This document shows positions 24,538 to 37,078 of a DNA stretch of 64,000 nt, one piece after another. Source of the DNA: Octopus sinensis. Lineage: Eukaryota. The notes under the pieces were generated by a model. The model was not told the origin of the DNA, made no database searches, and saw nothing but the letters and a program-made list of their open reading frames with translations. Positions within the stretch are counted from its first letter, which is position 1. Every line of letters begins with the position of its first letter. The translations under genes were made by a program, and so were the position numbers. Location of the stretch: positions 26,536,001-26,600,000 of the forward strand of contig NC_043004.1 of NCBI RefSeq assembly GCF_006345805.1, in the 5' to 3' direction.

Positions 24538-25060
24538 CAACAACAACAACAAAAGCAACAACAACAACAACAATAATAATAATAATGATGTGAATAATAA
24601 CTCAAATAATATAATAGAAAGTGATACTCAAAATCCTGAAAGTCAAAACGAGAAGATAAATTAGATGATAAACGACGCATATATATATATATAAATAATA
24701 TAAATAATATAAATAATCAATATAAATAATCAGGTAGAAAAAGAAGATATAAAAAGTAGAGTTAGCGATGAAAAAAATGTGATTGTGCAACCAAATGATT
24801 AAGCCACCTTGAATCTAGCTGCAAAATTAAGGAAACGGTATTCAAGTGTAAGGTAACCTCAGAGGGTCAGGTATATTATTATATCGGCACTTGTGAAACA
24901 TATATAAAAAGAAGAATTGTCAATCATGAAACCTCGTTTAGAGATAGTAATAATCGGAATAACACTGGCTTAAGCAAATTAATTTGGTCCATAAAAGATA
25001 ATAATAAAGTATATGCAATCACCTGAGAAATAATTAGTAGAGCCAAACCATATAGTAGAG

Positions 25061-25297
25061 CAGTGGTTCAGAAAGTGGGCGGTGGCAAGTTCTAAGGGGG
25101 TGTTGAAGAAAAGTGGGGTGATAATGGGGTAGCGATTCATGTAAAAACAACAAAATAATGGGCTCATCAGATTGTTTTATTTGTGAAATTTGCTTCAGAA
25201 AGAGGTCTATGTTTGTGATGGTTAGTTGGGGTGGGGTGCTATGAATGTGGCCTTGTTGTCAAAGAGGCGGTAACCCGAAAAAGTTTGGGAACCACTG
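25061..25297. mobile_element. hAT (Charlie-like) MITE inserted in the PLE endonuclease
   Basis: TIRs CAGTGGTTC...GAACCACTG; perfect 8-bp TSD TAGTAGAG at 25053-25060 and 25298-25305. Confidence 0.92.
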
Positions 25298-25955
25298 TAG
25301 TAGAGGAAGTAAGCGGTGAGAATTGTGTGTTGAAGAAATTTACAAAATTCTTATATCAATATACAAATTAATAATCCATAGACTCAATATAATATGTTCA
25401 TCAGTCCAAGTATACGTTTAATCGATATGAATAATTGTATGATACGTGATATTAAAATTAGAATAGAAGCCAAGAAAACAATAGCAAGTAAAGACACTGA
25501 TTAAATATAAACTCCTACACAAATTAAACTTAATTTAAAAAAAATGAAAAAATCAAAAAGCGAATAAAATTAACGATATCTCTAAATAAAATTGATTTAA
25601 TTATAAAATTAACAAATTAAATAATAGACCAATAACTCATTATTAACAACAATAGTAATAGTAATAAGAATAGTAGTAGTGTTGGTGATGACAATAATAA
25701 TAGTAACAATAATAATATCAACAAACTTCAAGTAACCTGATACAAAATACAAATACTACCCCTCTCTATTGGAATGGTAAAATACATTAGCGGACTACTG
25801 ACCCATTTTCGGACAGCAAGTCGCTTGTTTTTTCTAACCAGTGGAATTGAAAAGGTTAGAATTTAGGCTATTTTTAGAATACTAGCGCCACGTGTTTCAA
25901 CAATTTTGGTTGGACTTGTATTTAGTTCAAATGGAATCTGAAAATGCAGTTAATT

Positions 25956-26019
25956 GTACCCTGAAGAAGCGGCAGCAGTAATTAACACCAAAATGTACAC
26001 CCGATGCATATGTAGGTAC
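25956..26019 (+). ncRNA. Degenerate hammerhead motif in PLE 3' pseudo-LTR
   Basis: GUACC-CUGAAGA-...-GA[UG]-CAUAUG-UA-GGUAC. Stem I perfect, GAAA mutated. Confidence 0.55.
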
Positions 26020-26252
26020 GGACATAGAAAGATGTGATTAACTGTTTAATAAAACCTGGATATATAATTCTCTGTTCTCCTTAATGATTAATTTCTTCTC
26101 TACTGACTACATGCAGAGGCAAATGGATTTACCGATGTGAAGATCCACTGAGGATAGTTTATCTACACTAGTGTAGAGTTTATCTACACCAACAGGGACT
26201 ATAATCGTATGAAAAGTCGATCGAGAATTCCTTATACTGGCGTATACACTAT

Positions 26253-26352
<100 letters not shown>

Positions 26353-26556
26353 AGATAATGGTGTCCCTGAGACCCAAAGGTGTCAGGTAATTCTGAATAA
26401 GTGCTATAGACAGACCATAGTTAAATTCCAGATTCGGTAATATTGCGAATAAAGGGTTCAACGTTGGTTCTATGTCAGCGTGTGTATATAAGAATTTTTG
26501 CGTAATAAGATTAAAAAAAACCAAGGCTGTGTAGATATTAGTGCATTTATAGATAG

Positions 26557-26608
26557 GTCTTACAGCTGTTTCTAGGATATTTATTAATTATATCCCTTCG
26601 TCGGAGAC
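26557..26608 (-). ncRNA. Minimal type-I hammerhead (CCGACGA core, palindromic CAGCUG stem III)
   Basis: GUCU-CCGACGA-AGGGAUAU(loop)AUAUCCUA-GAAA-CAGCUG-UA-AGAC. Confidence 0.72.
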
Positions 26609-26952
26609 GGTGTGAGAGGATAGTTAAGTCATAGTTAGTTTAGATGAGATACAAAATAGAGAGTGAGATGGAGGAAAGAAAATAGATACAAGATATGTAT
26701 GGGTATTGTGTAACTGAGTATAATTTTGTGTGCAGCTTCTTTTAAGGTATTTCAATCAGCTTGATTTTAAGCGAAATGAATTCAATTATTTGTTTAGTGG
26801 TCAGATTCAAGAGAAAGCGAGGGGGAGGTTAGCTTGAATCTGAAATCTGATGTCGTTGTAGAATTCTATGTTTGACCTCAACTTCACACTTGTTGCTGGC
26901 CGAAGCAGGCTTATTTTGTGTATTGTAGTTGATGGGTTCTTAGTAAGCTTAA

Positions 26953-27330
26953 TGACCCAGTGGTTAGGGCAGCGGACTCGCGGTCGTAGGATCGCGGTTT
27001 CGATTCCCAGACCGGGCGTTGTGAGTGTTTATTTAGCGAAAACACCTAAAGCTCCACGAGGCTCCGGCAGGGATGGTGGTGATCCCGGCTGTACTCTTTC
27101 ACCACAACTTTCTCTCACTCTTACTTCCTGTTTCTGTAGTACCTGTATTTCAAAGGGCCGGCCTTGTCACTCTCTGTGTCACGCTGAATATCCCCGAGAA
27201 CTACGTTATTGGTACACGTGTCTGTGGAGTGCTCAGCCACTTACACGTTAATTTCACGAGCAGGCTGTTCCGTTGATCGGATCAACCGGAACCCTCGTCG
27301 TCGTAACCGACGGAGTGCTTCCAACAACAA
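26953..27330 (+). mobile_element. tRNA-derived SINE
   Basis: A box CAGTGGTTAGG, B box GGTTTCGATTCCC, body, (CAA)n tail. Confidence 0.85.
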
Positions 27331-28132
27331 TTGCAAGTATAGTTCTTGTAATGTATTTTAATGTGTGGAAGTAAGCTTCTTTTTCCTACACGGACGCACA
27401 TATTCACGCGCATGCACACACACATGCACGCACACACACACACGCATGCACACACACGCATGCACACACACACACACACACGCACGCCACCCCACATACA
27501 TACAGAGTGCGCGCAATTATTGGGAGCAGAGATACAGTCTGGTTCTGAAGAGAAATGCCAATATTTAGGACGTGATCCTAATTACGTTAAATGTTCTTTT
27601 AGTAGAAAAGATCTTCTCAAGTGTTTATAATAGTAGCCTATTATTAAAAATTTTTTTTTTTTAAGAGTGGTGATTTCAGTTGATTGAATGACAGTAATTC
27701 TACAAAATAAAGAAAACCTTCACTTCCACAATAAAAGATGTGTCGTGTACCGAAATTTTGTGACAGGGGAATGAAAAGGAAAATAATTTTTTAAAGAATT
27801 TTTTATTTCTAGAATAATAATCACAATTGTTTGAAACGCTAAGATAAAAGGAAATAATAAATATATAAATAAATAAAATAAAATTAATCGCATCATAAGG
27901 AAAGCTAAGCTAATATTTCGCAATCACTTTGGATCAAAAATCTCAAGATTCAGAAAATTTTTTCCTATGGGTAGTGCCTATGGCTTCCATGATTGGGAGT
28001 GGGGAGGAGGAAAATATCCTCATATCAAAGACCTTGTGTAACAGAGTCTAATGACTTTGCCAGTTCACCACACATCTGTGCAAGTGTCCTCCTCCTCCTC
28101 CTTCTCCTCCTCCTCCGCCTCCTCCTCCTCCT

Positions 28133-28705
28133 CATCATCATTTAACATCCGTTGTCCATACCGGCATGGGTTGGATGGTTTGACTGGGCTGGCACGCTGG
28201 AAGGCTGCACAAGATTCCAGTCTGTTTTGGCATGGTTTTCTACCGCTGGATGTTCTTCCTAATGCCAACCACTCCGAGAGTGTAATGGGTGCTTTTACGC
28301 GCCATCAGCAGGGTGCCATTTGCATGACACCGAGGTGTGTTTACGTGCTACCGGTACAGGTACCAATTTGCCTCACACCGGTCTTTGCCACGACAGTGAT
28401 TTTGCTCGGCTCGATGGGTCTTCTTCTCAAGCTCGACATAATGCCAAAGGTTTCAGTCATTGCTTCTGTGAGGTCCAACACTTGAAAGAAACTCAGTCAC
28501 TTTGCTTTCGTGAGGCCCAACGCTCGAAAGATGTCCTTTACATGCCACCAGCACGGGTCCTCTCAAGAACAGCACATCACCAAAAGTCTCGGCCACCAGT
28601 CATTGCCTCTGTGAGGCTTAAAGTTCGAAGATCATGCTTCACCATCTCGTCCCATGTTTTCCTGAGTCTACCTCTACCACAGGTTCCCTCCACAGTTAGA
28701 GATCG
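28133..28705 (-). mobile_element. RTE-clade LINE 3' end
   Basis: Minus-strand SLTVEGTCGRGRLRKTWDEMVKHDLRT (RTE C-terminus); 3' UTR shared with 49563-50220 and 47270-47440; (GAT)n tail. Confidence 0.8.
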
Positions 28706-28870
28706 TGTGTATGTATTATAATTTGCTTGTAGAATTATGGTATGTGTAAATGCAAAGACTTTTTAAGCAAGGCAAGCGAGGAATTAAGCATATTATGTAA
28801 TATTAATGAAGAGAAACAGACAAAAGCTATTTTATTACCTACATTGTTTTACGATCTTATGATATTTCAG

Positions 28871-28951
28871 GAAAGATTTCCCTTTTGAAATAGAAAGAAG
28901 AAAATTATCAAAGAGTTTGGAGAAATGTGTTATTACCAACAAGCTATTCTG
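28871..28951 (+). CDS. Candidate isolated 81-nt symmetric coding exon of an unidentified host gene
   Basis: ...gatatttcag|G AAA GAT...TTC TG|gtatgc; open frame KDFPFEIERRKLSKSLEKCVITNKLF in non-repetitive sequence. Confidence 0.3.
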
Positions 28952-30282
28952 GTATGCTGTGGCACAACACGATATGATAAAACTGTTGTTTAACCCCAAA
29001 GCAACCTTCTATAAACCTACATATGTTCCTGAGCTTGTCTGTGAGAAATATGTAGTTATTGTTAACTCCAAGTCCTATCTATCATAGATCATCCTACATA
29101 CTCAATCAAATAACTCAATATGGTCCGTCCTTCTATTGCCTCAGATAGTTCATGTTTTTACCTAATGGATAACACCAAAACCAAATGGATTATCATGTCA
29201 TGTATTTTTGGGAATGTTATGTTCTGTTAGTGTCTTATGTAGTTTTTTTAATACCACTTGATTCTTAAGAGAGCAGGTCATAATGGAAGTAGGGTAAGAA
29301 GATTTTGGTCACTGCGTGACAATGGATAATATTCTTCAGCATTTATCATTTAGGATATGGTGGAAGAATAGCTATGTCAGCAGCAGATAGTGATATCGTT
29401 ATATGTGATGTGCAATATAATACTCTTTATGTTTTTGAACTTCTTCAATATCATAGTATCATTATAAGATGACACTGATTTTTTCCTGCTTCTTCAATTG
29501 CTATAGAAGTATGTTGGTAGCTTTCATCAGTATTATAGTAATGTAACAGAAGTTTGTTGATAGTTTCTTCATTGTTATCGTATTGTTAGAGACGTATGAA
29601 TAGTGTGGCTGGAAGAGTGAAATACTGTAAAGATATATGTTCTCTAGAGCTGACTGCTGTAGCTATATTATAGTTGCTATAAAAATGTGATGGTTACTAT
29701 AGGTGTACAGCAGTAATTGTTGTTGTGTTGAGAGTAGCTGTAGTGGTGAGATGATAATAATATGATGTTAGCTATTGTTGTGTAGTGGTTGCTAGAGAAG
29801 TGTAATGGTTACTATAGAGATGAGATAGTTGCTGTAGGATGCAGTAATAAATTTGATAGTACGATTGCATCTAGAGGGAGGTGGAGAATTGCAATAGTAT
29901 GGTGGTTACCATAAAGTTGTGATGGTTACTATAGAGGTGTGGTGGTGGTTGCTATGGAACTTCAATAGAAAGAGTAAATATGATGTGTTGATCTCTAGAC
30001 TGCTACAACTATAGTACCAGGATAAAGGCTGCATAAAGTGACAGTAGCTATAATGGTGTGATAGTGGTTATAGCTCTCACTAGTATTGCAACACTTAATA
30101 ATAAAGAGAAAGAAGCACAGCCAGAAATAAAGAGTGGGAGAGAAGGAGAAAGAGATACAGTGAGGGAAGTATTGAGAAAAAGAAAACTGGAGAAAGACAA
30201 GAAGCATTACTCTGAAGGAATGCATCTTAAAATTTTTTTCCCTTTTGTTGTAACTGCTCTGTCTTTCTATCCTCTCCATGAT

Positions 30283-30354
<72 letters not shown>

Positions 30355-30782
30355 ACACACACATGTGTATATACGTATTTTTTAGCTTTCTTCCTTCTTC
30401 ATCTCCCTTGGTCAATTTTTCCTAATATCTGTTGGTAAATTGTTAAACTAGAAACTATTGCAGGACTGTTTTATAGGATGATTAGTTTTATGTTTGTTAT
30501 ATCAGAACCTAATTATATTTTGCTTCCAATGCCTAAACATCAATCTTAGCTTAATGCAATTTTCCTTAGTTTTTCTTCTTCCTTTTAGTTATTATTCTTT
30601 TCCCAATATCATTCTAACTTCAGGCAGAAAGGTAAAACTGAAAAATAATTTTTTTTTTTTCTATAATAAACTTTTATTGGATATTGCTATTAAGTATTTT
30701 CAGGGAATAAAGTTCATTTAAACTCAATATAAATGAAACATAAAAAAGGGGAAAAACTAGCAAACAAAAGTAAAACACTCAT

Positions 30783-30848
<66 letters not shown>

Positions 30849-31689
30849 AGAGAAAAGGCAAAACAACAATGCCCTACCAAAATAATGTCCACTCTTCTGG
30901 TTCAAAACAGAAAGACAATACAGATATTTTATTGAAGGCAGAAATTTAATAGATTTTTTTTTATTATTTGTGAACAATAAAATGTTCCTCTACCAATTCT
31001 TACCATCCAACCAACCACACACACAACCAACCTACCAGCCAAAATATCTGAATAACAAGCAATTCTATAGTCATTTCTATTAAAATGCTTCATTATCATA
31101 TAACAGATGAAGGCAAGAAATGCTGCAAAAAAGAGTTTCTCATTTTATATCTTTTGGAAGATTGTTGTTATTGCTGTTGCTTTTTTAAATTTATTTTCTT
31201 GGTGAAAATAAATTGATAAAAGAACAAGGAAGAAGTATGCAGCCAAGACTGGTCAAAGAATAACATACACATATGTACACACAACCAATAAAAGAATGTA
31301 GAGTGAGGTGATTAAATCTGTAGCTATTTGATATCTTATTTACAGTACATTGATACTGAGGACACTTTGACTACTGTGGTGATAAAACTGGTTAGGGGTG
31401 ATCATAGAGTGTATATATTGTTGATGTTGCTGTTCAGGTTCATAGCATCACCTAAACGTTTTATTGCAACTGATCAAGATGTCTCTCAAATGATTCATAT
31501 TATTTCTTATCTATTTTGCATTCTTTAATAAGTTAATCAGAGAATGAAAGTCATTGCCTGTAACTTTTGTTGTTGCCTACTTCCGATTGGTGAGTTAATC
31601 TTTATAATTAGTTTGCCTTGAAGTAAGGGGCTGTGTCTATGGTAGCTGAAAGACTAGTGACATCCATGAGATTCATGATCCACTCGAAC

Positions 31690-33915
31690 AGTTTCAACTT
31701 GATGGCTGCAGAGAATATGACTGGAAAGAATTACAGAATGGGGGTGCATTTTTGGGAGGAAGGAATAGAAAATGTATAACGAAGGACCTGAAAGCAACGC
31801 CCACATGATGATGTGGACAATTGTTTTTGGACCTCAAAAACGCATGGCCAGCCAACAATTTCCAAGCTGGAACAATTTCCAAGCTGGAACAATTTCCAAG
31901 CCTGGAACAATGATATCTCGACGCTGTATGAACTCCGCAAGGACCACAAAATAACCACCAATCCAGTGGCGAGATCGCCAAGAAGACCAGTCTGCGGAGC
32001 GAATATCGCTAGCAACTACAGGATCTCCTACTTTCTCTCAATGATCAGGCGCCCCATAATCCAGATGTCACCAGATGTTTGTGACAGCACGGAAGATCTC
32101 CTCAACAGGATCAGCGACTGTAACAACACCTGCGACCTGACAGGATGTATAGTGGGTAGCATGGATGTTGTATTCCTATACCCATCCATCGACATGGATT
32201 TTGCGGTGGAGAAGTGCGTGGAGATGATCAGCGAGAGCGAAGTGGAGTTCCGCAGTGTCAACACAGAGGAACTGGGCCTCCTACTTAGACTGATATATGA
32301 CAATGAATATCTAAACAAACATGACCTTATAAGGTTTTGCTCCAGTAGACGTTTAAGAAGTAGACCCCCCTACAATTACATCTATGGCTAGGAAGACCCC
32401 TATAGAGAGATGAAGTGGATGGACCAGAGCCATACGGATCCTCGAAAACCAATATCGAGTAAAGAAAATGATCGCATATGCACTAGGTGCTAAAATAAGA
32501 GTTACCCTAAAAGGCCACACATTTAAGTCTAACAACAAAATATACGCCCAGGATGAGGGCGAGGCTTTCGGGGTTAGCATCGCCGGTGATGTGGCCAACC
32601 TTTTCATGGTATGGTAAGACAGGAGGCTTAAATAATTCCTGACACAGAACTCCATACTCATGAACATGTACTCTCGCTATGTCGATGATATCAAAATAGT
32701 GGTAAAGACACCCCCACAAGAGAGTACTCTTGAAATAGAAATAGATAGCAAATAGCTAACTCCATCTACCAGAGTATTTAGAATGTTTTGTAGGGTAGTA
32801 TATCGTGATATACTACCCTACAAAACACCCTAAACATAGACTACCAGTACTAGATACAGAACTCTGGCTGGAAATAATAAAACCCAAATCCTCTATTCAC
32901 ACTTTGCCAAACCTATGGCCTCCAAATACCTGATCCACTGGAACTCAGTTATCGCGGACAATGCCAAATTCAATATATTGATGGCAGACCTCATCAGAGT
33001 AATGAGAAATGTATCCCGCGTGTGCGACCCTACAGAGTTAAAAGACACATACAACACTTCGTTCACCGCATGCGGTTCTCAGGATACAGACATAGAGAAA
33101 GTATCAGAGTATCTAAAGGAGACATGAGGAAATTTGAAATTATCATCCGTAACGATAGGATTGGGATTTGCCCACTCTATAGGAACAAATCATGGAATAC
33201 CATTGAAAGGACTAAGAAGAAAATAAGGAGGGCCAATACATGGTATGATAGCCACAAATACCAGAGTGTCATGTTCGTCAACACCACTCCTAGAGGTGAA
33301 CTGGCGTACCGCTTTAGAAGAGCCCTAGACAAACTTAAGGTAAGAATTAAGGTTGTAGAAAGACCAGGTAATCCTATCAAATCCCTAATTAGTAGAACCT
33401 ATCCCTTTAGTAGAACCCCCTGTACTTATTGGAACTGTAATGTATGTAGATTTAGCCCACAAAGAATCTGTGAAGCTAGGAATGTAGTCAATAGAATAAG
33501 ATGTACAGAGGGACGGTGCAGAAACAAGACAAAGACGTAAGTAGGGGAGACAGCACGAAGCATAGGAGAGCGGGTAAATGTACATTGGAGGGAACTTAAG
33601 GAAGAGAAGAGCTCATCGGTCCTATACCAACACGCTGAGCGGGAACGCGGGGGCTCACTCAACAACATAGACGTTAAAATCTTGTCCACACATAGAACAG
33701 ACGCAACGCTTAGACAAATTACGGACGCTACATAGATTATAGAAGATAAACCTAGCCTGAATAAGAAACTGGAATGGAACACTAGCAACCCCCACCCCCA
33801 CCACAACCTATGACAGAGTAAGATTCCCATAAACTGATAATAATACGAAACTAATACAATACACAGATAAATAAATGGAATTAAATAATTATATACATAA
33901 ACGAAATAAAATAAA
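31690..33915 (+). mobile_element. Near-complete decayed Penelope-like element (RT, Cys-rich linker, C-terminal GIY-YIG; Neptune-like architecture)
   Basis: VGSMDVVFLYPSI, YSRYVDDI, LPVLD, KPMASKYLIH, IKVVERPG, C..C..C...C..RNVV..IRC, VGETARSIGERVNVH and LNKKLEW. Confidence 0.9.
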
Positions 33916-33916
33916 T

Positions 33917-34063
33917 AGGCGCAGGAGTCGCTGTGTGGTAAGTAGCTTGGTTACCAACTACATGGTTCTGAGTTCAGTCCTACTGCCTGGCACCTAGGGC
34001 AAGTGTTTTCAACTATAGCCTCGGAGTGGATTTGGTAGACGGAAACTAAAAGAAGCCTGTCGA

Positions 34064-34139
<76 letters not shown>

Positions 34140-34350
34140 TTGTGTGTGTGTGTGTGTCTGTGTTTGTCCCCCCAATTTCGATTGACAGCCAATGCTGGTG
34201 TGTTTACGTCCTCGTAACTTAGCGGTTCGGAAAAAAGAGGGCGATAGAATAAGTACTAGGCTTACGAAGAATAAGTCCTAGGATCCATTTGCTCGACTAA
34301 AGGCGGTGCTCCAGCATGGTCGCAGTCAAATGACTGAAACGAATAAAGGA
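33917..34350 (+). mobile_element. tRNA-headed CORE-type SINE with internal (TA)(TG)n
   Basis: Head GCTGTGTGGTAAG...GAGTTCAGTCC, CORE-like GGGCAAGTG, 3' GGCGGTGCTCCAGCATGG..GACTGAAAC. Confidence 0.85.
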
Positions 34351-34360
34351 GTAGATTAAA

Positions 34361-34781
34361 CTAGCAGTATAACCCGGCCTTGCCCGGGATTAAGTTACGA
34401 TTATTAAGCTAATCAAGTTCTTTATTTCAAACCAAACTAAGTAATATAGACGTCAAATTTGGGCGAAATCCGTTGAAATCAGTCATATTATATATATATA
34501 TTATATATATATATATATTATATATATGTATAATATAAATATATATGGGCAACAGGCACGAACACACATACACACACATACGTACGTACACCTATTGCAT
34601 GTTTTGTGCACGCATACATGTTCATAAACAGAAATAAATGGAAAAAACGTTGTTAAATTTGTAGATTAACACTCGCACGATTTTCACTAAAGTATATTAT
34701 ACTATGATTATAAAATATAGTGTCTTTCAAAAACAAAAAAACAAAACATTTTACATTTCATTTTTTATGAAAGTCATAACT

Positions 34782-34822
<41 letters not shown>

Positions 34823-35219
34823 TCTCACTTTGTCTTTCCCGTGAAACTCTCTGCCCCCTTCTTCCACTTTTCTTTATCTTTTTTTGTTAGACGCTGGCAA
34901 AAAAGCTAAGGCTGTTTATTAACGTTGTCATTTACTCTCTGTCTCACTTTGTCTTTCCCGTGAAACTCTCTGCCTCCTTCTTCCACTTTTCTTTATCTTA
35001 TTATTTTTGTTAGACGCCATCAAAAAAGTCAAGGCTGATATTTTTCGTGGTTAAAAGCTGTCTGAAAATAGATATTTACGCTACCCACGAGTGCTTCGGG
35101 GAAAAAATAAGTTGACAAATGTCCTCCTAAAATTGGAGCGACATGCGTGCTAATTTGTGGACGTGCATAAATTACAATCACGTATACACACACACACATC
35201 CTCCCTTTTATAGATATGA
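34361..35219 (-). mobile_element. Non-autonomous Helitron with internal microsatellites and tandem duplication
   Basis: Minus strand A|TC start at 35219; hairpin CCCGGGCAAGGCCGGG, then CTAG|T at 34361; ~95-bp duplication at 34822 and 34942. Confidence 0.8.
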
Positions 35220-35358
35220 TTAATACAAAAAAGAAAGACATGAAAAGTCAGTAGATAAAAAAGGAATAAAATATATCAAAGTAAATTAAACGAACGTGTA
35301 TAAACAGGGGATATTGACAATGCAGGTACCATACACATCCTCCCCACACATTTACTAA

Positions 35359-35443
35359 ACATACGACCGCTTCAAACGGCTCCATTTAATTGAACAATGC
35401 AATCATTACATCAATTTAAATGCAGGGCTATCCTCAGCTGCAT
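35359..35443 (-). ncRNA. Degenerate hammerhead with long stem II
   Basis: CUGAGGA-..CAUUUAAAUUGA..UCAAUUAAAUG..-GAAG-CGGUCG-UA; homologous to 55011-55099. Confidence 0.5.
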
Positions 35444-36539
35444 AATTAAATAGAATTTTTAATCAGTTGGACACAATAATAGAATTTTACTCAAATTCTC
35501 TAATAGAGCAAGAATAGGGAAAGAGTCCATGCTACTATTAATATAACTAAGAATATACTACACTTCTGAGAACTCTAAGAAGTTTGTTAGGGTCATAGCT
35601 TGCAAAGGATTGTGGTTCATCGTTAATTTATTAATCTTTTTTTGTCAACTGCCAAATCTAAGGCTAGAGGACAGTGTCTATTTAGAATGTAGCGCAGGGG
35701 TGAGTTGACAGTTTATTGCTGGGTATAGTCATAAATATTGTCAGGATTTTAGGATTTGTATAAGTAACTGTCTATAAAGGAGGCTGGGTAGGGGAAGACC
35801 CAAAATCAAGATGTTAATTATCAGTTAAAGGGGCAAGGCGCTAATAAAACCTATGATGTTAATACAGAGGAAATTATCATGGGTACTATGGATGATTGTA
35901 TATAAGCAATATTGTTATGTTGTATGAAGATAAAATTTAAGATTACTAAAAATGATATTACCACCTGAATAGATAAACTGTGTATATATACCAATTTTCA
36001 ACATTAGAAAGGAAAGATTACATAGAATTAGTTTGATATTCATTCCTGTACTTAATTATTTACTTATTAGGTGATTTGTATAACGATTGCTCTGGGTATT
36101 TACTTATGGAATACTGGGGAGATAAATCATGCTGTCTTTATATTAATCATAAGCTAAGTATCAGAAAAAAAAAATCGGAAAAAATAAGTTGTGCACAGAT
36201 ACATACACATATTTAACTATGTGCACATACGCAAATATACACAAATATTTGTTCTTTATTATGGGTATGTTATAATCAACTCTCATAGACTTAAGTAACT
36301 AGAAAGTTTATATCTCCTTTTAAGAAAATTAATAACTTATAAGAGATAAGAGGTTAATAGGTAAAGGTATCAAAATAAGAAATTATTGAGAATAATAAGA
36401 AAATATATATAACTTATTATATATAATATAATCGTAGGGTGTAACTTCACATCAGATATGACACTAAAATTTAATTTCCCCTATCCAGGTTCAAGTGTAG
36501 CACCTTTAAACGCTAATTTCAAAAATATTTAAAAGTTCA

Positions 36540-36950
36540 TGTGACCCTATGTACGCATGATTCCCTTATCTCTAATTTATTATTAATCAGGTTGCTCCTG
36601 TCCCTATACTTAAAATTTTCATAAGTTTCCATTGAGCACAGCTCGCACCCGTATCGAATATCTCTATAAGACTGTGCTTTCCTTATAATATCCCATTTAA
36701 GGCTAAATTCGATTTCGCTTTCCTTCAGTTCCCAAATCTTGCTAGATAAGGACGTTCAAATGGCCTTATTTCTGAGCCAAAAAGTTGCAAAATGGTTATT
36801 AATACGTTTTTTTCATATCTATTGAACATCCTATATACACAAAGTTATCAGCTATAGTTGTGAATGTACACTTATAGATTACGTTTTGGATTAGACATCG
36901 GCCTAATAACGGACAACGGTATTTAACTCGACAATTGCAACTAGGAGAAT
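36540..36950 (-). mobile_element. Penelope-like GIY-YIG endonuclease remnant
   Basis: CNCRVKYRCPLLGRCLIQNVIYKC..VYIGCS..RINNH..F..TSLSSKIWELK..W.II..Y....GCELC. Confidence 0.85.
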
Positions 36951-37078
36951 TACTACTGTTAATATTATTAATATTCATATCATTATTATTATTAATATCA
37001 CTATTAATATCAATCCTACTACTACTATTATATGTATTATTTTCATATCTGGTATTATCTCTCCATCCTTCAATTGTA

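Larger units (their letters stand above)
24070..26090 (+). mobile_element. Penelope-like element 3' portion (thumb, Asn-rich linker, GIY-YIG endonuclease, 3' pseudo-LTR)
   Basis: WFMTPFDKQIST..EHF..KYYRIFN..IAFS, CDC..C..VFKC..YYIGTCE..R..NH..F and KPYSRGSKR*ELCVEE; degenerate hammerhead at 25956-26019. Confidence 0.85.

Noticed and set aside
25317-25319. TGA at the first Cys of the PLE endonuclease CxxC (possible selenocysteine, as reported for some Naiad PLEs)
   Set aside because: The copy also has TAA stops and frameshifts, the other TGA (24796) does not align to a Cys, and the homologue at 36540-36950 has Cys. A point mutation is simpler; only a family consensus with TGA plus a SECIS would revive it.
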